Shown one piece after another: positions 24,651-38,666 of a stretch of 64,000 bases of DNA. The translations under genes and the position numbers were made by a program. The number at the start of each line of letters is the position of its first letter. Positions within the stretch are counted from its first letter, which is position 1. Where the stretch lies: the NCBI GenBank assembly GCA_035221665.1, contig CM069149.1, positions 1,860,001 through 1,924,000 on the forward strand, in the 5' to 3' direction. The notes beneath the pieces are model-generated. The model was not told where the DNA came from. It saw nothing but the letters and a program-made list of their open reading frames with translations, and did not search any database. The DNA comes from Okamejei kenojei. Taxonomy: Eukaryota.

Positions 24651-27600
24651 TTTAAAATAAATACTCCACATGCTTTAGGTTAGAGTCGTAAGGAGCTGGC
24701 TAAGATTGAAGATTGTGGGGTCCAAGTTGGTGTTGCTGGACATGTCACTTGCCCTGTTTGTCTGCTCCTCCACATATTTTCACTCCCACCCATTTGTTTC
24801 CTGCCAGGCAGTTGAAGACGAAAGGGCCGCATTAATTAGTTACCATTCCCAGTTAAAGCTTATTTGTAATGTTTCTCCGCTGAAGGTATACCTCTGGTTC
24901 AAACAAAGTTTTTGATCAGTTTTCGACAACAGCCTCATTTGTTTGTTGGGATTAGGTTTGAACATTACAATGACAGATTTTGTTTTGAATTCATCATGCT
25001 ATGATCCATTCCCAATGGGCTGTATTGTCAACAGCAGTTTCATATCTTCCTATTTTAATGGAAGGCGTATGCACCAAGAAATCTTAAATGCCACTGAATG
25101 CTGTCTTGGATATCACAAACAGTGCTGCAGTAAGTGGTTTGCTTTGACAAGTACTTGCTGTAAGCAAGTAAATGTCATTTAATATGTCAGTTACATTGCA
25201 CAAGTCTGAATCTGATGATTTTCTTTGGAAACCCCTATAATCAGTCGCTGGTTTACGGAAAAACTGTTTCTTGTAAATAGAAGACATGGTGTTCAAATTG
25301 TGTGAGATTCTTTTCCCACAGACATCTAATAGCACATATCTGGCGTCAAGTGGAAGTAAATCTCAGGAAAACAAACCATTTTCCAGATAGCTTTACCTAT
25401 ACGTAATGTGAATTGTTGAAACAGAGTTTTCATTTGAGTTGTCCAATGTAAGCTCAATTGTAACATACAGTAAATTGACTATGTTAGATGCAGGAGTAAC
25501 TAACAAATGTACCTGTATAAATATACGGGAGCAATAACTGAATTATACTAGTTCTACATGTAGAATCTGATTACTGTGACCAGAGTGTTAATTGGATTCT
25601 AACTGCCAGATCTGATATATCTAGCTTTGTAGTGGAAAACCTTTTGAAAGTGATGAACTGTAATTCACTGAGCTGCTTGAAGCACTTGTAATTTACTGCG
25701 TGTCACTATGAAGAGGAGGACCTAATGGACTTCACATTACCTGTAGTATCACAAACCTCTGAGTGAAACTAGCTGCTGGAAAGTGATAGTGAAAGACAGT
25801 GAGATATGTGGGAACCTGCCATATTGAGCTGAATTGCATTTCCCATTTTTTCACTAATAAATGATGGTGTAAGTGAGTCTGCTTGAACTCATTATCTGCC
25901 TTCAGGGAAACTTCATAAGAAGAGGTCAAAACTCATGAAAATAGCTGTTGTGTACTGCAAACTGCAATCACCGATCACAAAAAATATAAACAAAACAAAT
26001 TTGATTCACGTAGTGTTGTGAACAGATGAAATTAGATCCTTTTTGTATGGTTTGTTTTATTATTCATTGGCTGAATTACTATTTCAAATTGTGAACTTTT
26101 TAAGAGATTTAATGTTTAATGTAATGACCAATGTTTGTTTGCAGTACGTGTACTAAAATACCATAAATAATTTGTTCAGTAAAGAAGCACCCAGATATTT
26201 TATAGGAAGTCGATGATGTTTGTCAAGTTTTGTATTAGTTATGAGATATCTATTATTCATGCCCTCAAACAAAAAAAATGTTTGGTTGAAGCTTCAGTTT
26301 TGTAAACTAACTGATGGATATAACAGTGTATGGTTCCGTTTAGGAACGAGCTAATGCATGCCCTGTGTCCGCAAATTTACCAATTCTGACTCAAGTTAAT
26401 TGACTCTTAGATGTTTAGCAAATGTTTAGAAGAGTCAAACTTGAAAATGAGCTATAGTTGACTAACAACCCTGCCTTTCATGTAGATGGAAGATGACTGG
26501 TTATTGGTGGTCTTCATTTGGAAAGTCACGCAATTCATTGAACGCCTTGGCATTATAACACGCTGAAACACTGGAAAGATCACTTTATGTACGGATAGTA
26601 CAGAGTAGTTGAATTATCAAATTCCGTCATTCCTTTATTCATTGTTTTTGTTGAAATTGTAAGGTTTATACTTGGGTTTAGAGGGCTCTCTGTCAAATAC
26701 AGGTAAATGGGACGAAGTGGTTTGCCAACCAAAGTGGGCTGAAAAGGCCTGTTTTTGTGCTGCATAGCTCTGTTGTGACTGGCTGGGTTGTGGTGTTTCT
26801 GACTGTGAAGCATTGTCTTTCTGATGTTTTTCCAAACAGAACTGCATGTGAAAAAAACAGAACTGCACGTGGAAAAAAAACCATGCAAGCAAGCAGACTA
26901 GAGGGCTTCTGAGATAGCAATCCAATCTTTGATCCGTGGTTATTAGCCGTCGGTATTCAGACAGAGTAATTGCCGAGCCTCTTGGTACAAGGTTCACAGT
27001 AAATCTACCTCTGTTTTCCCTTTTCTTCCTGTCTGCCTCCATTGAAGTTGACCTCTGTCAGTTAGAGTGCCTCATCAGTGACTCCAACTGCAGCAAGAGC
27101 ATCTTAATGATCTGAAATTCTTCTGAGAAGTTGGTGATGTTTTCTCATCAGGATCCAATTTGGAGCGCTTTGTTCCATTCTTGAACTTGTCTTTGGAACC
27201 ACAGAATATCTACAGTAAGTCAGTTTGTAGTCTTTTGTTGGGAAGCTAAATACACTCTGGCAGGAAACATTGAGCAGAAAATTATTTACTGCGACTGCTG
27301 TTTTTAAAATGGTACATTGCTAAATATTCTAATGCACATTAACAAAGGCAACTCCACAAATAAGACACATTTAGAACAATATATATTTTCACTTTCCAGT
27401 AGATATTAATTTCCTAAAATCTGACGGAAAGTTTAGCATCAATTACCAGATTATTTCAATACAGTATATCAGCAATGTACAGAAATAAAGGCGAGACACC
27501 AAAAATGTGATCGTTGATGCAGTGCTTTCCTTTTTATGTGTGAATGTTTTCAGTATGATTGTTTCCAAAATGCTTATTACTGTTAGCCCTTTATAGCATC

Positions 27601-28602
27601 ATATTTAGAAGTAACATTTTACTGCAATTCAACCTCTATTCCCCTCTATTCACTACACTTGTCAGTCAGCTCAACGCTGCATCTGCAGGAATGGAGGTGT
27701 TATATTCTAGCAATTATCATGTCATATACTTGAAAATGTAAATGAATGTGTGTGTAAAATTAAATTTATGGGTTGTCAGTGAAGAATAAGAACCAGGAGA
27801 GCAATTACTTATCTGCTTTCATCTCCCTAGCTCTGATACATCAGGCAGAAAACCATGCAGATAAATGCTGGAATTAGCATTATGCGGGTCTTAAAATGAA
27901 TGGGCTGGTGTCTTGTGTTGCCTTCTGTAGCTTTTGTTTTGAAGAGCAAGTGAAATTAAGATGATTATCATCCATCAATCTACTGAAAGACAGTGAAAGA
28001 ACAAAAGAAGCTTAAATTCGATATTGACAGTACTTGGCTTTCACAGGGTGTCAGCTTTATTGCGACAGTTTTACATTTTGTTAAAATGGGATTATTTAGT
28101 ACAATTTGTGTGTTCTTTTGCAAGCGATTGAGAAATGCATTTTCCAGAGAAACTCAAATGAGTGATGCCAAGCATTTAGAAAATGGTGCAATGATAGCAA
28201 TGTGAACTAGAATATTAATATTTGCAGCTAGCTGTATCAATAATGTTCAATAATTAAAGTAGATTAAAACAAATTCACAGATAGGATCTGGGCACCGCAT
28301 TTTGTCTTGAGTTTACTTGTCTAAAGCAACTCTCATCACTGAAACTGTATCCACAATGTTTGTGTTTGAATCCCAAATGTACTAATTAATTTATTCATTT
28401 ATTTTAAGCACTTTTGATGCCACAATGCAAATGCTAAACCATGAGCATTTGCCAGTTCAGTAAATGTGTTGGAAATTTTACATTTTACATTTCACACAAG
28501 GGCTAAGGTTTAAATGCTCAGATCAAAAAATTGCTGCCTTTAATTCACCAAGTTTTAGGACTCCATGAACAATGGTGTAGATTTGTTTGAATACGAATGT
28601 GC

Positions 28603-28806
28603 NNNNNNNNNNNNNNNNNNNNNNNNNNNNNNNNNNNNNNNNNNNNNNNNNNNNNNNNNNNNNNNNNNNNNNNNNNNNNNNNNNNNNNNNNNNNNNNNNN
28701 NNNNNNNNNNNNNNNNNNNNNNNNNNNNNNNNNNNNNNNNNNNNNNNNNNNNNNNNNNNNNNNNNNNNNNNNNNNNNNNNNNNNNNNNNNNNNNNNNNNN
28801 NNNNNN
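28603..28806. other. N run (204 nt)
   Basis: Undetermined or masked bases. Confidence 0.99.
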
Positions 28807-30807
28807 TGTAAAATAATCTGGGCAGCTTTATTAGCAAGAAAGGGTTTCGAAGTTCTGGTGTGGCCTCTTAATGTTTTGCATAGCATTTTATATTGCATAA
28901 ACTGCGTTGAAAGTAAGATTGGATGAATAGCTTATTTATTTCAGGTGGAAATGGCTTTAAGATGATCTAATACACAAATTGTTCGAAGCCACTAAAGAGA
29001 CCTGTCATTTCTTGGTTATTTCATGGAATTAGGAAAAAGTATTTGTTATAATAACATAACATGTGGGGTTTGATTTTTAATCCAAGCCACCTGGTGGAAA
29101 CCTGACAAGTGAGCTGTTAAAAATGAGCAGGTTCCTTTTCAACTGATCTTAACAATTTCTGAATCAAAACTGTGAGGGTTGCACGTCTGTGTAGTGCCCA
29201 TAACAAGAGAACAAGATCCTCACAGATTCATTCAAATCAGCGTCATATTGTATCAACAGGATCGCTGTGCAATTTGTCTGGAGCCTGAGAAGGGAATTCA
29301 CTATGTCTTTACCTGTAGGCAGAAGTAGCTATTTGGGAAGAGGAGGCCATTTAGTTAAATTGCAACAGTTTGTTTTGTGGGACAGGGGGAAACAGTCCTT
29401 TGGGTCCCACAAGGATAGTTGCAGCTTCGAACACAGTGCTCCTCTCCTACTATTTAATCTCTCCCCGCACTATCACACCTACCTCTTCCCCATCATTTAC
29501 CTGTGAGTCAGTGAATAGTCACGCAGGTTTGCTGATTCCCTGCTCCAGTTCAGGGCCGTGACACTTACACTAGACCTCCCTGGACCTTTCCCGTCTCCTT
29601 GCTGCGGCTTCTTGAAAAAATCTGTTCAAATTCGGAGCTCATTCAGATAATAACATTCTACCTTTGAATTATGATGCAAAACTTCACCGTTCTCCATGTG
29701 CATACACTACAAGCTTTTGGTTTAATTGGCTGCAAGGATTCTCTACCCTTTCCAAAGAACAGTACAGAAAATAATGTGGTTTGCAAAATTATGGAGTTTT
29801 GATTCATAAAGCCGAGAACAAACCTCAGGTGAAATATAACCGTTATCTGAACCTTAAAGCTAAATTGCCATCTTAATTACCTGCCATGTACTTGTTAACT
29901 TTTGGAATTTATTTTAAATGATGTCCATAGCGTCACCAGTGATAAAGTAAAAACAGGGGCATAACACTGCTGCCACTATTTCTTGTGAAGTGTCAGATCA
30001 TCTCTTTTATATACAAGCAAATGTTTCCTATATTATATTCTTTCTTTTGGGGGTTGCAGTAGATAGAAATGAATAATTTAAACCATAATACAAATCCTTT
30101 TTGATTTTTCATTCCTGCTATTGCCCATTTTAGTTTATTAAATCTTGTTTTTGTGGCTATGTTTATTCAGCTCAAAAGAAGAGCAATTACACTAGGAGTC
30201 TTACATCGACTGGTGTTCCTAACTCACCTACCGTAATGCATGAATATATTCTCTGACCGAGAGAATTTAAAAATGTGGTCAGTGCACGTATGTAACTGTT
30301 TTTCCCCACTAGCTTATAACGTGACGTTTAGAAATAATGCAGCATTTTAAAGCAAATGAATATTCCTTTTCTGTAGGGGAATTGCATGAGAATTGTAAAA
30401 TATCACTTGCGCCTGTGCACTTTGTTCTTTTCTTTATGTTTTTGGTTCTTCATTGATGATCTTCTAGCGTTTGTCTCCTAAAGACATTGCTTCCATATGG
30501 AGCATGAAGCTATGGATACCTTCTGTTCTGCTCTCACCAAGCACCAGACACCAATCCCCCAAATGAACGTGTTCCTTCTTGCCTTAGCGAAGACTATTTG
30601 CGAACCCAAGATCAGATGGAAAAGGCCTAACATATTTTCTTCCCAAACCTGGGTGTATAGCGGCCAATTGAAAGTTCCGTGTCTAAGCTTCAGTAAGAAA
30701 GAAACTTAAAAATTAATAAGGGCAATTTAGTTAACTAATTGATTTCAGCAGTGAATATTTAGAATTCTGTTTTTATTATCTAAGCAGAATCTATTATTCT
30801 TGTTTTA

Positions 30808-30930
30808 AGTCTCGACCCGAAACGTCACCCATTCCTTCTCTCCAGACATGTTGTCTGTCCCGCTGAATTACTCCAGTATTTTGTGTCTATCTTCAGTTTA
30901 AACCAGCATCTGCAGTTCCTTCCTGCACAT
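30808..30930 (+). mobile_element. Penelope-derived repeat, 5'-truncated within the hammerhead core
   Basis: gtctcgacccgaaacgtcacccattcc...catctgcagttccttcc. Confidence 0.82.
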
Positions 30931-32376
30931 TCCTATTTTAAAATAGGATCACCTTAATTATCATTCTATTTATTTTAATACAATGAAAACCAGATGAGAT
31001 AAAAGGTGTATGAGCTGTTCCACAGGTCACCACCCAGAGAGTGTAAATGCACATCCGCCCTATTTTTTTGCCAAAAGCATGTTTTGGCACTGTGTTAAAT
31101 GCACCCCCCCAGTATATTCCGGGAACGTTGCGTTCAGATATTTAAAATTTATTCTCAAATGGCTGCCGGTTGCGAGAAAAGGTTCCCGTTTTAAAACTTC
31201 GACCTTCACATTGTCATAAATGAATGTGTTACACCCTTATTTTGTTGCAATGGTTTTAGTAACTGCAATGCATATTAAATAGATACATTCATATCGATGT
31301 TCAGATGTCTGATAAGGGTAATAATAACAATATTGACTGTCCTCTTTCGGGAGATACATCCATAACTCGGGCAATATGAATCTACTTCAGGCAATATATG
31401 TCGTCAAGGCCAGTAATATTTGTCTTGAATTATTAGCTAATAATTCACAAAAAACACACAATGACTCGACTAAACATTAGCAACGATGCAATCAATACTG
31501 TTTAAAAGTGCTTTAATTTTCTAACCATACAATTCTTACATGTCACAGAGCAACTAATTATTGTATGCGGTGATTTATTTTGATGTTACATTTTCTTCAG
31601 TTGGTTGCATTCTAATTGTTTAGAGAAAAGGTTTTAATTCATTTAAAGCATAGTTGCATATAACACATATCCTTTGTTGTAACTTGTCAGCTTCACACAC
31701 CCTGTATTGTTCCTGGGCAAAACCAACCATAATAATTGCATTGCTAATAATCTTGAGAAAATGCTGATAGATCCTGTGCTGAATATTAGGTTCTGTTTGC
31801 AAAAGTTGGTTTATTTTCATGGTACTTAAAATTATCTCCATTGACAAATTATCATGGAATGTTAATCTTTAAATTGAATAAGTTATTAATTTGTATCTGA
31901 TTAAATCACGTGTAATTGAGTAAGCAATTTATGAAATTTGTTGTGCCGTTTTCTTAATAGGCTTGAAGAAAATATTAAAATTAAAATGTTTACATTGTTT
32001 TTTTTAATTTATATTAGAAGGTATTTGCCTCTGTTGAGGAAAAAAGTAATTGCTTTTTTTCAAAGGTTGAATAACTTGGCAGCATGACAAGCTTTTCAGA
32101 TTATGAGCTGGTTAGTACAAGCAATGCCTTCAAAACTCAAAAAGCTGCTCATTGCGTTACTGTATGTCTTGGTGCAAGGTGTTGGTCCTGGAGTGCGACA
32201 GCACCCGAGGAAACAATGTAATTGCCACAGGGAACCTAGTAGGAGCATGTCGTGCACAGGTCAGAAGTAAACCTTGATTCTGGGCATCAGACCGTTCTGA
32301 AAATGTTACCCTTTCATCAAGTGCTGCAAGAAGAGGAGAAACAAACACCATGTTGCAGAATGGTGGCCTGGCTTGA

Positions 32377-32544
<168 letters not shown>

Positions 32545-33214
32545 TGAGAACACACACAGCACACCTGCTATGGCAAGCCACACATACAATGGAGAATGCA
32601 TCATCAGTCCCAGTTTTACATTCAGTGCATTGCTATATTATCACAACACATTTTAATGATCGTGAACAGATACTTTACTAAACTTATTCACAATTTTAAA
32701 AACTTTTATTTAACCATTGTGTAACTTTGAAGTAAAATGTGCATGGTAATTAACAAGTAGACAATCAAATACATTAAAACACCAATGAAAATGTAAGAAA
32801 CACAAATTCTTATGAATTTCTATTTTGTAATACGATTTACCAAATTTATTGTGTTTCTGATGTAGAACTGTGACAGGTAATTTCGTATCATGTTGTCACC
32901 ATTACATTACCTGAGACTTTGCTTTATAATTTATAATTTGTGTTTATTCTATTAAGTAACGCTGAAGATATTAGCTACGGATAGCACTACAAAAGTGAGA
33001 GCAAGAAAACCTGTTCCTTGTATTAAAATCAAGCATAGCCATATTCAGGATCTGCATCACTTGAAAATGCCCACCTGTGTCATTCAGCTGAATGGACTGA
33101 CAGATTAATTAACTTTCTACAATGAGGTTAACTGTAGGATGTGTCTGAAAAAGGCACTGAAATTTGCTTTGTTTCTTTTACGAACAGAAATGTTGGCACA
33201 ATTTGTACACCAGT

Positions 33215-33534
33215 ACTCTTGCCCCGAGTAGGGGAATCGAGGACCAGAGGACACAGGTTCAAGGAGAAGGGGAAAAGATTTAATAGGGATCTGAAGGGTA
33301 ACTTTTTCACTCAAAGGATGGTGGGTGTATGGAGCAAGCTGCCAGGGGAGGTAGTTGAGGCTGGGACTATCCCAACGTTTATGAAACAGTTAGACAGGTA
33401 CATGGATAGGACAGGTTTGGAGGGATATGGACCAAGCGCAGGCAGGTGGGACTAGTGTAGCTGGGACATGTTGGCCGGTGTGGGCGAGTTGGGCCGAAGG
33501 GTCTGTTTCCAAACTGTATCACTCTATGACTATG
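33215..33534 (+). mobile_element. CR1 family A 3' end, ending about 15 nt before the exon 5 acceptor
   Basis: 'LLPRVGESRTRGHRFK...GYGPSAGRWD'; tail actctatgactatg; homologous to 19845-20210. Confidence 0.9.
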
Positions 33535-33549
33535 TTTATAATTTTTCAG

Positions 33550-33732
33550 CAACAGCTTCAAGAATTCTACAAGAAGCAGCAGGAACAGTTGNNNNNNNNN
33601 NNNNNNNNNNNNNNNNNNNNNNNNNNNNNNNNNNNNNNNNNNNNNNNNNNNNNNNNNNNNNNNNNNNNNNNNNNNNNNNNNNNNNNNNNNNNNNNNNNNN
33701 NNNNNNNNNNNNNNNNNNNNNNNNNAAAAGAG
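33550..33732 (+). CDS. FOXP2: FOXP2 exon 5 equivalent (long polyQ exon): QQLQEFYKKQQEQL[134 N]..KE
   Basis: ttttcag|CAA acceptor and GAG|gtaagc donor; 183 nt including Ns at 33592-33725, with the frame preserved across the Ns. Confidence 0.93.
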
Positions 33733-36263
33733 GTAAGCACTGAGTAACTAGGATGCCTACATAATAGTTCAGGGTGAGAGGAGGTGCGAGAGAGGCAAGA
33801 ACAGCATCACAATTTTCTGTAACAAGGTTCTGCTTGTCAAAAGTACATTATCATGATTTTGCTGAGTCTAGTAACAATGACAGTCGTTCTCTCCTGCTCC
33901 TTTCTTTGTAGTGTGGAACTCGAGAGTTATAATCCAAAGCTGCCGTCTTTTTAATGTGCGTTAATGAATCTCAGTGTACAAAGAGCAAGCTGTGTGATGG
34001 ACAAAGTACTGATTATCTTGTAGTCACAGAGATTCCGAGTTGGTGAGGGAGCCTCAGTTTTTCCTCAGAGGTACAACTCAGAGAGCATGCAAATTTAGCC
34101 TACTGTTAAAAACCCAGGTTGAGTATAGACTTCAAAGTCACAGGTCCCTGATTAATGAACTGCTACTGTAGGTTTGGACTGGTGAGCAGAAAGTTACAGT
34201 TTGATGTGCTCATAAATCAACGTGACAGGCCAGTTTCCTTGGCCTACCTAGCTCTTGTCAGCAAACTGTATCAAATATAAACATAATGCAAACAAAACAT
34301 GTTGAAGTAGTTAAATTGATCAGCAGGTATCGTGGACATTATCTTCAAGAAACACATTATGCAGGCGTACAGGAAGCAGCATTGACCTCCCGAGGCATTG
34401 TTTCTGTTTGGATTTCTGAACAGAATTTCATGCAGCCATCAAATATGGAATAGAAATTGCTCCCTTATTTCTCCCGAGGCTTTGGGCCATCCACATGACT
34501 TGCTCCATTATGCAGTCTGTTTTCCAGTGAGTGCATCAGAAGTTTTGCTTTTCCCCAAACTGAAGCAAAAGGTCTTCCACAGCAGCTTGTCTTCCTGTGA
34601 AGTGTGACTGCCTTTTCATATCCTCCTGAGTCTCAAGTACTCCAGTTTGTCTTGTAATGCCTCAAAAAATTGGAAGTTAGGCTCTTTCCTGTAATGGGGC
34701 ACTTCTCTGCCTTGAATGTATTCCCAGTTTTAATGTATTCCGACAAGAGAAGAAAAGAAAGCTAACAGGGCAATGCTACGAAGGCTACATCCCAGTTTAC
34801 TAATAGATCACTGGAGACTACATTCATGGGCCACTGAGGACCAAACTTATTCAGCTGCAAAAGCAGCATTGCCTCGAAAGATCTACTGCTGTGAAAATTT
34901 TATACAATAGGCATGGATAAATTTAATGTTATAGGTGACCTTAGCATGTGAATGAGTTTTTGCTAACTGAAATTAACTGTCCTAATTTTGACAAAATGAG
35001 AATATTTGGACTAAATATAAAGGCTCATATATTTGTGATCAGGATACAGCTGTCTAGCCTTAACATATTAGTGCTTGACATGTAATTTGAACATATTCAT
35101 GAACATCATGTGGCAAAGGTTTTGTTTTTAGCTGATTAATACATGCATGTTAATACATGTATTAATAGCAGAAATGCTGAAACAATGTCTATGACATCTG
35201 TGTACAATATAGGCACAACAACAATAGCATCAAACTCTTCTGCATCTTCAAAAGAAGAAAAATTGGCAACTCTTTAATAAAAGCAATGCCACTTTAAATT
35301 ATGAGAAATCCTAAATACCTGATTTTCCTTTTAGTAGATCAGCCACATGAATAGGACAGCAAGTCAAGCTCAATTGAACAAGATTTGTGTCTTTGCACTT
35401 AATTGCTCCTCTCAGTTTATACTGTGCTCCAAGAAATTAGTATTATAATGAACAGACTGCACTGTTGTATTCTGTAATATACTGCATCTTAAAATGTTTC
35501 AATGATGAACAATGTGTAATTGGGTTGCAGTAAGGATGCAGAGAAAGTCTCTCCCTTTTTTCTTTACAGTTATTCTTTTCCCAACAATTCACTGCACTCC
35601 AGTGACACATTGAAAGCAAATTTTAAGTCATCTGGCAAATCAGCTTGTGTTGAACCATATCAAAGTTGCTTGGTGTGTAAAGCATATGGGGAAAAATGTG
35701 TCTTTGGTTGCTGTGGTATCTGTCGCCAGTTTACACTCACTACTGCAAATTTAGTTTCATTGAAGCCAATGAAATTGAATGGGTGAGAGGTGAGGTCAAG
35801 CGGCGGTCAGTTCTCTTGGGTGTGATTAGCGGTGGCAAGGCAATCAGTTCCCCCTCCCTCCCCAACCCCCGCCCGCCAATACTCTGTTCATCATTAAAAC
35901 ATTCTTGCTTAGAAATGTGTTCTTTGTTGGTAGTGCTCATAATGTAAAACAGGCTGTGTGTTTCACTCTGAAAGTTAGATCCATTGAAATTCTTAGCAAT
36001 GAATTTAGAAAGTGGAATACGACATGCAACTGTTGTTAAATGGTGTGTTCATTCTGAGTGACTCAGGGTGCATTTCTCTGCCGTTGGCCATTAAATTCTC
36101 ATGCATCCTAGATTAGAGCTGCTGTAGGGCACCTGGGTCACAAGTGGACAAGTGTTGCACATCTTCATTTGTGCCACCTGGAATTCAGATTGAAGGCTGG
36201 GCTTGGTCAGGGAATGGAGGTGAGAGTTGACGACCAGAAAGTTCAGACAGAACCTGTTCGGTG

Positions 36264-37335
36264 ATAGAAACATAGAAACATAGAAAATAGGTGCAGGAGG
36301 AGGCCATTCGGCCCTTCGAGCCAGCACCGCCATTCATTGCGATCATGGTTGATCGTCCTCAATTAATAACCCGTGCCTGCCTACTCCCCATATCCCTTGA
36401 TTCCACTAGCCCATAGAGCTCTATCTAACTCTCTCTTAAATCCACCCAGTGATTTGGCCTCCACTGTGGCAGGGAATTCCACAAATTCACAACTCTCTGG
36501 GTGAAAAAGTTTTTTCTCACCTCAGTCTTAAATGGCTTCCCCTTTATTCTAAGACTGTGGCCCCTGGTTCTTGCCCAACATTGGGAACATTTTTCCTGCA
36601 TCTAGCTTGTCCTGTCCTTTTATAATTTTATATGTTTCAATAAGATCCCCCTCATCCTTCTAAACTCCAGTGAATACAAGCCTAGTCTTTTCAATCTTTC
36701 CTCATATGACAGTCTCGCCATCCCAGGCATCAATCTCGAGGATGTCCTTCCTCAAATTAGGAGACCAAAACTGTACGCAATACTCCAGATGTGGTCGTAC
36801 CAGAGCCCTATACAACTGCAGAGGATCCTCTCTACTCCTATCTTGAAAACCTCTTGTTATGAAGGCCACCATTCCATTAGCTTTCTTCACTGCCTGCTGT
36901 ACCTGCATGCCAACTTTCAGTGACCGGTGTAAAGGACACCCAGGTCTCGCTGTACCTCCCCCTTACCTAACCTAACCTAACCCCATTGAGATAATAATCT
37001 GTTCCCTTGTTTTTGCCACCAAAGTGGATAACCTCACATTTATCTATATTATACTGCATCTGCCAAGCATCTGCCCACTCACTCAACCTGTCTATGTCAC
37101 CCTGCAAACTCCTAACATTCCCTTCACAGTTCACATTGCCACCCAGCTTTGTGTCATCTGCAAACTTGTAGGTGTTGCTCCTAATTCTCTCTTCCAAATC
37201 AATAATATATATGGTAAACATTTGCGGCCCCAACACCAAGCCTTGCGGCACTCCACTCGCCACAGCCAGCCATTCTGAAAAGGACCCGTTCACTCCTACT
37301 CTTTGCTTCCTGTCTGCCAACCAATTTTCTATCCA
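36264..37335 (-). mobile_element. CR1 family B fragment with RT core
   Basis: ORF 36967-37320 has 'SGVPQGLVLGP...FADDTKLGG'; ORF 36702-36908 has 'LVRPHLEYCVQFWSP'; tail (catagaaa)n. Confidence 0.93.
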
Positions 37336-38028
37336 TGATGTGGGGGTGGGGGAGGTGGGGGAACTGGCTGGGCTGGGGATTTGAAGAGCATGCCATTGCC
37401 ATGAGGAGGGGTTGGCTGAAATTTGTGATGAAAAAAGCAGGTGGGAGGGGGTTTGGAAAAGGGGAGAGCCTCCCCGAAGACGCTGACCAGCAAGACCATT
37501 GGGTTGAAGGGATAGAGGGTTGAGTGTCTAGGCCACATGGAGGCAGTCAGGAACCTGATGAGGAGGAGGTGGTATGAGTATGGTTGCATTGCAGCAGATG
37601 GGCAAAATAATGAAAGATTAATCTGGGGTCTTATAAATTGTCTAACTAAAATGTATCTGCTAGTTTCCGATACTCAAAAGGATTGTGCACGAGGAATGGT
37701 ATCATCTGCGGGTGGTTGAGACCAAAATTGAGACCAAGAGTGAACCGGAATAGTTGTTCCCATGTTCGCTGCATGCAAATGAAAAACAATTTTCAGTTGT
37801 ATAATGCAAAAAATAACAGCATGGTATGATTGAGTTAAGAAGGATTTATATTTTAGTAAAGGCATGTTAATAGAGATAAATAAAACTTAATTTTGCCTGT
37901 AAGCTGTGAACGTCAGGAATTATGAAAAGAGGCTTTTGCTGAAGTGAATAGATATACCAGGTACAATTAGTTGTCTGTGGGTGTAGTCTGTACTTTGTAT
38001 CTTATGATTGGATGTATATCTTGTACAG

Positions 38029-38182
38029 CAGCAGTTGGCAGCCCAGCAGATAGTCTTCCAACAGCAGCTACTCCAAATGCAACAAATCCAGCAGCAACAG
38101 CATTTGATGAACCTACAACGTCAGGGACTCATTACCATCCAGCCTGGACAGCCGACCCTTTCAGTCCAATCTCTGCCACAAG
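38029..38182 (+). CDS. FOXP2: FOXP2 exon 6 equivalent: [51 protein letters not shown]
   Basis: tgtacag|CAGCAG acceptor (tandem CAGs make the start ambiguous by 3-6 nt) and CAAG|gtacaa donor; phase 0-1. Confidence 0.92.
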
Positions 38183-38364
38183 GTACAAACAAAAGCATAA
38201 GAAGTCAAACAGCATAACATTTATTACAAGACTATTATTCATTGAATGTATACAAAAGCATAGCAGTTAATTTTTAATTATTGAAACTGTAGCATGCAAT
38301 GAATTTGCAGCAAATTCGGCGCAATATTTAATATTTAGATGCTATCAAAAAGTTAAAAAACAGG

Positions 38365-38666
38365 GAAGCGTGGTGGAGTTGCTGCCTTGCAACACATTCA
38401 CAGCGCCAGAGACCCGGCAACGGGTGCTGTCTGTACGGAGTTTGTAGGGTCTCCCTGTGACCTGCCTGGGTTTTCGTTGAGCTCTTTGGTTTCTTCCCAC
38501 ACTCCAAAGAAGTACAGGTTTGTAGATTAATATGATTAGTATAAATTACAATTGTCCCTAGTGTGTGTAGGGTAGTGCTAATGTGCGGGGATCACTGGTC
38601 GGTGTGGACTTGGTTGGCTGAAGGGCCTGTTTCTGTGCTGTTTCCCTCAACTAAAGTAAACTAAAA
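38365..38666 (+). mobile_element. tRNA-derived SINE (B-box region deleted)
   Basis: Core ggtgctgtctgtacggagtttg and tail ctaaagtaaactaaa. Confidence 0.82.

Noticed and set aside
15793-26878. Short tandem duplications (16 bp at 15793, 21 bp at 26837, 14 bp at 1289)
   Set aside because: They are ordinary slippage events.
28523-28926. ORFs spanning N runs (also 62959-63297)
   Set aside because: They are artefacts of X translation.
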